Positions 27,293 through 35,189 of a stretch of 64,000 bases of DNA are shown piece by piece. Both the position numbers and the translations under genes were made by a program. This stretch comes from Desulfurococcales archaeon (GTDB lineage Archaea; Thermoproteota; Thermoprotei_A; Sulfolobales; Fervidicoccaceae), in NCBI GenBank assembly GCA_027014955.1, contig JALWDA010000073.1, positions 12,926 through 76,925 on the forward strand, given 5' to 3'. The first letter of the stretch is position 1. Each line of letters starts with the position of its first letter. The notes beneath the pieces were generated by a model, which worked only from the letters and a program-made list of their open reading frames with translations, did not search any database and was not told the DNA's origin.

Positions 27293-27731
27293 GCGGAGGG
27301 TGGGTCTTATGGAAAGTCTTTCAATATCAAGGTTCTGGAGATATAGGAGAGCCCACTATAGGCTAACCGGGAAAAAGTGTCTAAGATGCGAAAGGGTCTT
27401 CTACCCGCCCAAGCGCTCCTGCCCCTACTGTGGGTCGATGGACTTGGAAGACTACGACCCTCCTGAGAGGGGGGAGATAATAGCCTGGACCAAGCTATAC
27501 GAAACAGGGACGCCCTACACACCCTACAGGCCAATCTACCTAGCCTTAGTCAAACTAGGTGATATGACCGCCCTTCTCCAGCTAACCGACGTCACGGACG
27601 AGAAGAAACAGCTGAGAAAAGGAGCCCCAGTAGAGCTCGTGTTCAGGAGAATAAAAGAAGACGGATCCCACGGGCTGATATACTATGGTATAAAAGCGAG
27701 GCCAGCACAGCCCATCGAGACACAGGAGTAA
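27285..27731 (+). CDS. DUF35 OB-fold / zinc-ribbon protein (thiolase-HMGCS scaffold family)
   Basis: Rubredoxin-like CLRCERVFYPPKRSCPYCGS followed by an OB-fold-like C-terminus. It overlaps the thiolase gene by 8 nt. Confidence 0.85.
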   Translation: MSRRRVGLMESLSISRFWRYRRAHYRLTGKKCLRCERVFYPPKRSCPYCGSMDLEDYDPPERGEIIAWTKLYETGTPYTPYRPIYLALVKLGDMTALLQLTDVTDEKKQLRKGAPVELVFRRIKEDGSHGLIYYGIKARPAQPIETQE

Positions 27732-27795
27732 ACAGACACTATAATAACCCACCAGACCACAAACAACCACAAGACGCACCGACTCCCAAGGGTAG

Positions 27796-28122
27796 ATGGG
27801 TATGCCCAAGCCCAAAAAACTCATACTAGACACCGCAGAACACCACCCCCACCACAAACAATGGATGAAAATGGCTAAAGAAGTGGCCGAGACCCTTGGA
27901 ATAGAACTCGAAGTAAAGAAAGAAGACTACGAATTCGCAATACAACACGGGGTAACAGACGAGCTGGGAATGGCAGGGCTCCCCCAAATAATGGTCGAAT
28001 TAGAAGACGGCAAAATAGTCCCACTACTACACGAAATACCCCTCGACGAAAAGTTCCAACCAGACTTTGAAAAAGGAAAACAAGTCATCCTACAAAAGAT
28101 AGAGGAGCTCTCCAAACAGTAA
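27796..28122 (+). CDS. Small thioredoxin-fold-like protein without a CXXC motif (His-rich site)
   Basis: 108 aa. KLILDTAEHHPHHKQW(helix)...GLPQIMVELEDGKIV follows the Trx-fold order, including a cis-Pro-like GLP loop. The redox-motif position is occupied by EHHPHH. Confidence 0.5.
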   Translation: MGMPKPKKLILDTAEHHPHHKQWMKMAKEVAETLGIELEVKKEDYEFAIQHGVTDELGMAGLPQIMVELEDGKIVPLLHEIPLDEKFQPDFEKGKQVILQKIEELSKQ

Positions 28123-28285
28123 AGACAAGCCAACACAAGACCTGAGACAAATGTTTTTAACTAAACCGAACGGAATCCCGAGTATAATTACTTCTTCTAA
28201 AAAATCGATGTTTCACATTAAGACTCCCTTATAGCGCAAAACATAGGAAAATACAAGGGAAACAAAAATTAGCAGCTAGATAAAA

Positions 28286-28364
28286 TGGTGCGGCCGCCGG
28301 GATTTGAACCCGGGATCGCCGGCTTGGAAGGCCGGCGTCCTAGTCCAGGCTAGACGACGGCCGC
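28286..28364 (-). tRNA. tRNA-Gly (anticodon UCC) with genomically encoded CCA
   Basis: The minus strand reads GCGGCCG-UC-GUCU-AGCCUGGACUA-GGAC-G-CCGGC-CUUCCAA-GCCGG-CGAUC-CCGGG-UUCAAAU-CCCGG-CGGCCGC-A-CCA. This is a full cloverleaf with a 7-bp acceptor stem and a UUCAAAU T-loop, and there is no intron. Confidence 0.92.
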
Positions 28365-28410
28365 TGTTACCCGTGTTTATATTTTGTGAGCGAGTAGGGT
28401 ATTAAATATG

Positions 28411-29085
28411 TTAGTTGGGTCTTCCATGGGGTTTTTCTGTGGGTGGTTTCTTTATTATGGTTGCTGAGACTGGGGTCCCTTTTATCCTTCTTATTATCCT
28501 AGCCTCTATGGTTTTTAGAGTCTCTTTTGCTTGATTCACTATAGCTGTGGGATCTACTGCGTGTCCCGTTGTCTTTAGGTATCTGTGGGCCAACTTGGCC
28601 AAGGGTCCGCGTAACCCTATTTTGCGGTATGATTCACCTATCTGGCTCGGGGGTATTGTGGGGTCTGCCTCGAATACGATCACTTCTCCCCCGTCTTTGA
28701 CAGTCATGTACAGGGATTGGAGGGTTTTGCTGGGGTCTGAGAGGTGGTGGTAGGAGAACACGAGTAGTGCTTTGTCTATAGAGTTTTTCCTGAGGGGGAT
28801 GTGCTCTCCCACCCCCCTTATGAGATGTACGTGTGTCCTAGTTTGGAGGCTCGCCGAATGTTTGAGCATGGGCTTGGACGGCTCTATTCCTATTATCTCG
28901 GCGTTGATGCGTTCGCTAAGTATTTTTATGAACGCGCCTGTCCCACTGCCCACCTCGGCGAGGACCTCTTCTTCACCAGCTTCTAAGCAACTGGCAATAG
29001 CTTGGTGAAGTTTCCTAGTAAAGGGTTGTTTGCTGAAGACGTGGTATAATAGTGAGAACAGGGGATTATTCCAGTGGCTCTCCAA
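28411..29085 (-). CDS. Class I SAM-dependent methyltransferase
   Basis: Motif I VLAEVGSGTGAF, then IIGIEPS, then a Methyltransf_11-like core. Confidence 0.75.
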   Translation of the reverse strand: MESHWNNPLFSLLYHVFSKQPFTRKLHQAIASCLEAGEEEVLAEVGSGTGAFIKILSERINAEIIGIEPSKPMLKHSASLQTRTHVHLIRGVGEHIPLRKNSIDKALLVFSYHHLSDPSKTLQSLYMTVKDGGEVIVFEADPTIPPSQIGESYRKIGLRGPLAKLAHRYLKTTGHAVDPTAIVNQAKETLKTIEARIIRRIKGTPVSATIIKKPPTEKPHGRPN

Positions 29086-29133
29086 TAGGCTCTCATCTCC
29101 AGGTTCACGGTTAAGTTGCCCGTGAACACTTTT

Positions 29134-30423
29134 TTACTCGTAGACGTATTTCTTTAGCATACTTACGACGTTTTTAACAGGTTCTTCAAAACGTTTCTCC
29201 TCATAGCGGTCATAGAGGGTGACCTTGCCTTCACGAGCTTCCTTCTCACCAAGTATGGCCACGAACCTAATGCCCAAACGTTGAGCATATTTCCTCTGCT
29301 TAGAATGGCTTCTCCTCATAAGATCCACATCGGCGGGTATTCCTTCCCTTCTCAAAAGCTGGGTAAGTTTCCACGCGTCCCCGTATAGGTCCTCGGAAAG
29401 ATAGGTGACCATAACCAATACACTCGTACGAGCATGCTCGTCTATAAGCCCCCTTTCCCTTAGGACGTCGATGACCCTCTCCACACCAATACTCGCACCT
29501 GTAGCAGGCAGGCTCCCCTCTTTCCTGAACATGCCGATGAGATTATCGTACCGCCCGCCTCCAGCAAGGCTGGGTGAGAGCTGCTCCCTTAGCCCGTACT
29601 CAAAGATGGGCCCGGTATAATAGTCGAGCCCTCTCACCAGGCTTATGTCGATGAGCATGCGCTGGGGTTCTTCGGCCAGCTCGTATACGCGCTCAAGGTC
29701 GGCAACGGGACCGCTGTTTCCGACCATTGTCGCTAACCTCTCGAGTAGGGTCTGGGGCTCGCCCCTCAGTTCTATGAGCTTCATTATTTTCTCTATACTA
29801 GAGTCGTTAAGACCTAGTTTCTCAAGCTCTTTCCTAACCCCCTCCTCGCCTATCTTGTCAAGTTTGTCAATAGCTCGGTAGACTGGAAGAGGATCGTCCA
29901 GGCCGAGCTCTTTCTCGAAAACTTGGGAAAGCAACCTCCGGTGGTTTATCCTTATCACAACATCGTTTATGCCCAGCTCTATGAGAGCCCTTGCTATTAC
30001 GTTCATAACCTCTGCATCAGCTTCTGGATGGGGGCTCCCAATAACGTCAGCGTCTGCTTGGAGGAACTCCCTATACCTCATCCTCTGGGGCTCTTCGTGC
30101 CTCCATACCAGGGATACCTGGCCACGCTTAAAGGGAAGGGGGATCTCCGGGTGCATGGCCACGAATCTGGCGAGGGGTACTGTCAAGTCGTATCGGAGGG
30201 CATACATCCTGCCGCTGAGGGGGTCCTCAAACCTCCATATAAGCATTTTCTCGGCTTCTTCGCCATACTTGCCTGCCAGGGTCTCCCAGTACTCAATGAC
30301 AGGCGTGTCCATTGGGGGGAAACCGTATATCTCGAAAACCTTTCTTATCTGCTCTACAACCCTTAGCCTGGGCTTCATGACCTCTGGAGGGAAGTCTCTA
30401 AACCCTCGCGGTACGCCGAACAT
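29134..30423 (-). CDS. hisS: Histidine--tRNA ligase
   Basis: Class II motifs: RGFRDFPP, WRHEEPQRMRYREFLQADADVIG, GGGRYDNL, and a C-terminal anticodon-binding domain. Confidence 0.95.
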   Translation of the reverse strand: MFGVPRGFRDFPPEVMKPRLRVVEQIRKVFEIYGFPPMDTPVIEYWETLAGKYGEEAEKMLIWRFEDPLSGRMYALRYDLTVPLARFVAMHPEIPLPFKRGQVSLVWRHEEPQRMRYREFLQADADVIGSPHPEADAEVMNVIARALIELGINDVVIRINHRRLLSQVFEKELGLDDPLPVYRAIDKLDKIGEEGVRKELEKLGLNDSSIEKIMKLIELRGEPQTLLERLATMVGNSGPVADLERVYELAEEPQRMLIDISLVRGLDYYTGPIFEYGLREQLSPSLAGGGRYDNLIGMFRKEGSLPATGASIGVERVIDVLRERGLIDEHARTSVLVMVTYLSEDLYGDAWKLTQLLRREGIPADVDLMRRSHSKQRKYAQRLGIRFVAILGEKEAREGKVTLYDRYEEKRFEEPVKNVVSMLKKYVYE

Positions 30424-30649
30424 GGATTCTCACCCGTAGAGTTTCATCGCAGGTTCATCCACGCTGTCGATTGGAGTACTCATGTTTTAGAGAGGAATCG
30501 CTGGAAGTGCATTGCTCCTAGCTGTTCAAAGATAGGGTATACAGACAATAATATTAGACTACCCTCACTGTAAGAGTCAATGACGTAATGCGGGTTCAGT
30601 AATATTGCAGAGACCCGGTGCCACTCTGCGTTGGTGAGGGGTTGCTTGA

Positions 30650-31366
30650 TTGATAGAGAGCCTTACTAACCTGTCACTATTGCTTGAGAAGTACGGTCTC
30701 ATAGGTGTATTTATAGTAAGCTTCATCGGAAACGTTATACCCTATTCAGCGGTACCCTACTTGGCATTCATAGCAGCGTATGCCGCTAGTTTCGAGTCGG
30801 AGAACCGAATGCTAATCGCTCTTGTAGGAGGCCTTGGCTCTGCACTTGGGAAATACGTGCTATACGGAGCCTCGAGATATGCAGGCCGCTTTCTATCAAG
30901 CCGTAGACGTGAGGAGCTAGAGTACTTCTCGAAGATATTCAGCAAGAAAGGGGCCGGGCTAATAGCGATATTCCTGTTCGCAGCTCTGCCTTTGCCCGAC
31001 GACTTGCTTTATGTCCCCCTAGGTGTTGCCAAATTCAATTTCACGCTATTCGCTTTAGCCGTTCTGTTGGGAAAGATATTCTTATCTGCAATTGCAGTTT
31101 TTCTAGGTAGCCAAGCCCGGTGGTTTATCAGCGAAAGCCTCGAAGGAGGCTACCTAGTGTTAGGCATTGTTGTATTGATAGTCGCCACTGTGATGTTCCT
31201 TATGGCTGTGATATACATTGACTGGAAGAAAATATTCTTCGCGACAACCAACGAGGGTGGCATGAAGGCAATGAAGGTGTTCTGTAAAGAATTGTACCTG
31301 GTACTGACTCTTAGACACCCCTCAATGAGAAGCTCGAGAAAAGCTGAAAAGGTGAGACAGTCCTGA
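30650..31366 (+). CDS. DedA / SNARE-associated (VTT-domain) membrane protein
   Basis: 238 aa with YGLIGVFIVSFIGNVIPYSAVPY and PLPDDLLYVPLG motifs and multiple TM helices. TTG start. Confidence 0.7.
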   Translation: MIESLTNLSLLLEKYGLIGVFIVSFIGNVIPYSAVPYLAFIAAYAASFESENRMLIALVGGLGSALGKYVLYGASRYAGRFLSSRRREELEYFSKIFSKKGAGLIAIFLFAALPLPDDLLYVPLGVAKFNFTLFALAVLLGKIFLSAIAVFLGSQARWFISESLEGGYLVLGIVVLIVATVMFLMAVIYIDWKKIFFATTNEGGMKAMKVFCKELYLVLTLRHPSMRSSRKAEKVRQS

Positions 31367-31608
31367 CCATCAAGTTCCTCTTCGAAGTACAGCCCACACG
31401 TTATAAGGATAAGTTTGTCAGGGAGCTCAACATAATTTCAAGGATAACTAGAAGAATACATATACCCGACTCCCCTCTGGGTTACCCTAAAAACCACGTA
31501 CTGGCGCTGGCGAGTATTGCAGTTAACAGACTGTTCGAAACCACTATACATCTTAGAACAATTGACCTTAACGAAAACGCGCTCGTAAGCACCATATATG
31601 GAGCGAAC

Positions 31609-32091
31609 ATGCTAGGAGTAAGGCGATTACTCTTCCTAAGAGGAGACCCTCCCCACTATGGAGGACCATGCGGGTCGTCAATTACCCCGGAGGAGGCTAT
31701 AGAGCTCGCTCGTCGAGATAATAGGCTGGATTCTATGCAAAAGGGCCTTATATTGAGCCTAAGGTACCCCATAGATAAAGTGATACAGAGGGTAGAGAGG
31801 GCGAAGCCGGACTTTGTCCTGACCATGAATAACGACTTGAAAAAGCTTGAGAGTCTGAGGAGCAACTATGATGGAATAATAGTGATGTACACCGTGATAA
31901 AGACCATTGGGAACGCCAGTTATGTTGAGAAGGAGCTGGGTAATAAGGATGCTGTGTACTATGAAGACCTAGTAAACTTTGTGGAGCGTGTAAAAGACTT
32001 TATAGATGAACTTCTCCTAACAGCTCCAAGGGCGGTGGAGGACGCCGTGGACGCGCTCAAAAAATTAGGGCTCTCACTTTACACTCCCTAG
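31609..32091 (+). CDS. Methylenetetrahydrofolate-reductase-like (MTHFR fold) protein; minimal ORF from the first ATG, and the true N-terminus probably lies upstream
   Basis: GVRRLLFLRGDPP resembles the MetF GIRHIVALRGDLPP motif. The same frame is open back to 31348 and encodes TIKFLFEVQPTRY...IHIPDSPLG...TIHLRTIDLN, which resembles the MetF segments FEFFPPRT and APHLTCID. That stretch has no ATG/GTG/TTG codon. Confidence 0.5.
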   Translation: MLGVRRLLFLRGDPPHYGGPCGSSITPEEAIELARRDNRLDSMQKGLILSLRYPIDKVIQRVERAKPDFVLTMNNDLKKLESLRSNYDGIIVMYTVIKTIGNASYVEKELGNKDAVYYEDLVNFVERVKDFIDELLLTAPRAVEDAVDALKKLGLSLYTP

Positions 32092-32969
32092 GTTAAGGTG
32101 AGCCCAATTCCCCAGAAACCAATAATCACGCCCAGGGCTCTTGAGAGCCCTATTTTCTCCTCGGTGGATGGCAACAGGTATACGAGCAACAGGGCTATGA
32201 AGGAGCTGGTTGAAAAGATGGGTGCGGCCACAAAGGCAGGTATATAGTCAAGGGCCACGAACCTGAAAGATTGTGCAGCCAACGGTATTATACCAAGAAG
32301 TACTAGGAGAGGACTACGCGTGCTAACCAAAAGCCTAGCGGCATAGATCGTATCTCTGCTCCTAGCTATGGCGATGGCCAGTATAGCTGACATGTAGCTT
32401 ATAAAAACACCTGTAAATGGACTCGCCTGGCCTAGGTTAGCGTACCTTATGCTGATGTTCACCATTGATACAAAGAACATGGCCAAAAACGCCGAGACTA
32501 ACCCCACCAGATCCACATTCTTCCCCCTATCAGAGTTGTTTGCTATAGCCACTCCTGCCAAGAAGAAGAGTAGGCCCACCAAAGCCTTGCTGGTAGGAGT
32601 CTCCCCTAGAAGAACCGCACTAAGCAACGCAGTGACTATAACGTTGCCCGAAATCACAAGACTGGCCACGCTCGCGCCTACTCTTCTCACGGCCTTAAAG
32701 AAGAAAAAACGAGCAACCGCAAAATTGGCAACTCCCGAGAAGGCATAGGCGGCCGCACATTTTGGGCAGACACTAGGGCTGGAAACTATAGGAAAAGCAA
32801 CTGAAATCACTGTACCTATAAGTAGGCTTGCTGGAAGCATTACGGATTCGCTATACTTATGCCCGACGATGCGTGCGACTACACTGTTCAGCCCAAACAA
32901 GAGCGCCGAGAGGAAGGCTGCAAATATGCCCAGAAGGCTATATGCCAAGTCCACCGCCTCGCCTTTCAA
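32088..32969 (-). CDS. EamA-like (DMT superfamily) transporter
   Basis: 293 aa with about 10 TM helices in two EamA-like halves. Confidence 0.7.
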   Translation of the reverse strand: MKGEAVDLAYSLLGIFAAFLSALLFGLNSVVARIVGHKYSESVMLPASLLIGTVISVAFPIVSSPSVCPKCAAAYAFSGVANFAVARFFFFKAVRRVGASVASLVISGNVIVTALLSAVLLGETPTSKALVGLLFFLAGVAIANNSDRGKNVDLVGLVSAFLAMFFVSMVNISIRYANLGQASPFTGVFISYMSAILAIAIARSRDTIYAARLLVSTRSPLLVLLGIIPLAAQSFRFVALDYIPAFVAAPIFSTSSFIALLLVYLLPSTEEKIGLSRALGVIIGFWGIGLTLT

Positions 32970-33122
32970 AGGAGTTCAGCTTGTCAGGGATTAAATCCTT
33001 CTAGGAGCTAGAAGACCCACATGTAGAATAATAAGCTTTACAATAAAACACACTCCGTAAAAGAAGTTGCATGCAATGACTGTAAGGTGGGTCACCCTAG
33101 AATACGAGTCTGCTAGAGGCTA

Positions 33123-34061
33123 CTAGAATCCCGGTCTCGTAGTTATGATAACCTCTTTCTCCAACACGAGTATGGTGTCTTCCGCCTGGGCAACTTGAAG
33201 ACCCGTAGGCTCTACCAGGACGGGGTAGTCTATCAGGTACCTTCGAGTCGCTAACGTTTTGAGGGTCTCCCTTATGTAATCGATGGTAATTTTCCTCCCC
33301 TTGGAAGCGCTCATCAGCCACCTCTCAGAAAAGGGAAGCCCCCTCCTCTCCTCGTAAATCTTATCAAGCATAGACGCTAGCCTCCCTGCGAGTCTCCTTC
33401 CCTTCTTGTCAAGGGGTCTTGAGAACGAGTATATGTTGACATCATTGCCGTTCACTACGTAGCCAAGGCCTTTCGTTGTGAATGGCTCAATAGCTATTAG
33501 CATTCCCGGCCTTATGGATATCCTGGACGAGTTGGAGACGTTAGGAATACTCACACCAGCATGTAGCCTGAAGGGCTCCATGGCATGCCCGGTCAGGTTG
33601 CTGACTGGCTTGAGACCGTAGCTCTTTATGGTCTTTTCAATAACTGAGGATATTTCCCACACCTGTATATCGGGTCTGATGACAGATATCGCTCTGTCAA
33701 GGGCATCTTGGGCTGCTTTAATCAGATCTTCATTCTCTCCAGATAGGTCTATGCTGACTGACGTGTCAGATAGCATACCTTTTACCATTACGCCAAAATC
33801 TATCTTCAGGACACCGCTATCGGGCACTTTACGGGTGTCCTCCCAGTAGGGGGAATAATGGGCTGCTTCGTGTCCCCAGCTTATGTTACAAGGGAAGGCA
33901 GGCTCTCCCCCTTTGCTCCTTATGGTTTCTTCGACCTTCTCAGCAATCTCTATGTAAGGAACGCCTGGCCTGATCATTTTCTGTATCATCTGCTTTATTT
34001 CGTAGGCAATTCTACCTGCCTTCTTAATGTTCTCTACGTCCTTTTCGGTAAGAATCGCCAT
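33123..34061 (-). CDS. map: Methionine aminopeptidase, type 2 (archaeal)
   Basis: AFPCNISWGHEAAHYSP, KIDFGVMVKG, HAMEPFRLHAG and IAIEPF motifs, plus the type-2 helical insert. Confidence 0.9.
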   Translation of the reverse strand: MAILTEKDVENIKKAGRIAYEIKQMIQKMIRPGVPYIEIAEKVEETIRSKGGEPAFPCNISWGHEAAHYSPYWEDTRKVPDSGVLKIDFGVMVKGMLSDTSVSIDLSGENEDLIKAAQDALDRAISVIRPDIQVWEISSVIEKTIKSYGLKPVSNLTGHAMEPFRLHAGVSIPNVSNSSRISIRPGMLIAIEPFTTKGLGYVVNGNDVNIYSFSRPLDKKGRRLAGRLASMLDKIYEERRGLPFSERWLMSASKGRKITIDYIRETLKTLATRRYLIDYPVLVEPTGLQVAQAEDTILVLEKEVIITTRPGF

Positions 34062-34142
34062 CTTGGGACACCTTGTTAAGGTTTCCGAAGTGGATCTAAA
34101 TTATATTAATCATCCGAGGGCCTCACTTACTCGTGCCAAGTA

Positions 34143-35189
34143 ATGGTGAAGGGATACTGCATGGCATCTAGTGGTAAAAGGACAGTTATTTTGGGTGTCT
34201 TTAGTATAAGTATTATAATAGTATCATATCTGGCTTATGCACGCTTATCTAACGCTGACTTAGGAAAGCTAGCAGAGAGTTTTACCTTATCAAGTATTCT
34301 ATTATCTATGGTACTTCTACTCGTGTCTGAGACGGTTAAAGCATATAGGCTATACTACATCTCTAATATACTCGGCGAGCCAGTTTCTTTTAGTAGCACC
34401 CTCATTACTAGGTTTGTGGGAAACACTGCAGGTCTTCTAACTCCAGGAAACCTTGGTGCAGAGCCTGTGAGGGTACTCACGCTGGCATCACTCAATGGAG
34501 TTAAGATAGAGAAACTTGCGGCAGCGGGGGTGCTAGAGTCGTTTTACGACATAGTGGTTGCTGTCGCGATCTCTCTCGCAGCATCAATGGTGCTCCTCCC
34601 TGCCTCCCTTCCCGTGCTTATTGTCTCTGTTGTAATAATGGCTTTATGGATAGCCGGGCTAACAGGCCTCGTCTATAGGGAGGGATTCTGGAAAAAGGTG
34701 GTTAAAGGAATAAGTGAAAGGCTTCCCGAGAAGTATAGAGGACAGGTTCTCTCCAGGTACAAGGACTTTACCTTAGCTGTTACCACTGGTCTTAATCCTA
34801 GAGCTAACGTGGTTTGCTTCTCCCTTACTATTGCGAGTTTTTTCCTAATAGCACTCAGCTTTATCCCACTTGCTGGGATAATAGAGAATGGCGGGGGTGC
34901 GGGTGTGTTTTATGAAGTAGTCGATTTTGTATCAGGGTATTCAATGAGCTTTGTCATGAGCTTCCTCCCTACTCCTGGGGGCAGTGGCTTCTTTGAGTAC
35001 GGTCTCGGCGTCGCTATGGAGAAAGAACTTGCTCTTGCGTGGAGGATGGTATTCATAATCTTCTCTCTGACCCCCACAGCTCTTATACTATTGTTCGGCG
35101 TAAGGATTAGGAAGACCGTAATAGGCAACCTCAAAAAATCACTGGGAGGAGAATCTAACCAGCCCTCCTACGTGCCATCAGAGTACTGA
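34143..35189 (+). CDS. Flippase-like / LPG_synthase_TM (UPF0104) membrane protein
   Basis: Polytopic protein. The LTPGNLGAEP and PTPGGSGFFE motifs are typical of this family. Confidence 0.7.
   Translation: MVKGYCMASSGKRTVILGVFSISIIIVSYLAYARLSNADLGKLAESFTLSSILLSMVLLLVSETVKAYRLYYISNILGEPVSFSSTLITRFVGNTAGLLTPGNLGAEPVRVLTLASLNGVKIEKLAAAGVLESFYDIVVAVAISLAASMVLLPASLPVLIVSVVIMALWIAGLTGLVYREGFWKKVVKGISERLPEKYRGQVLSRYKDFTLAVTTGLNPRANVVCFSLTIASFFLIALSFIPLAGIIENGGGAGVFYEVVDFVSGYSMSFVMSFLPTPGGSGFFEYGLGVAMEKELALAWRMVFIIFSLTPTALILLFGVRIRKTVIGNLKKSLGGESNQPSYVPSEY

Noticed and set aside
28123-28410. tRNA-Gly flanks, examined as a possible integration hotspot (att sites, integrase, island boundary).
   Set aside because: There is no integrase or transposase, no direct repeat of the tRNA 3' end nearby, and both flanks carry ordinary housekeeping genes.
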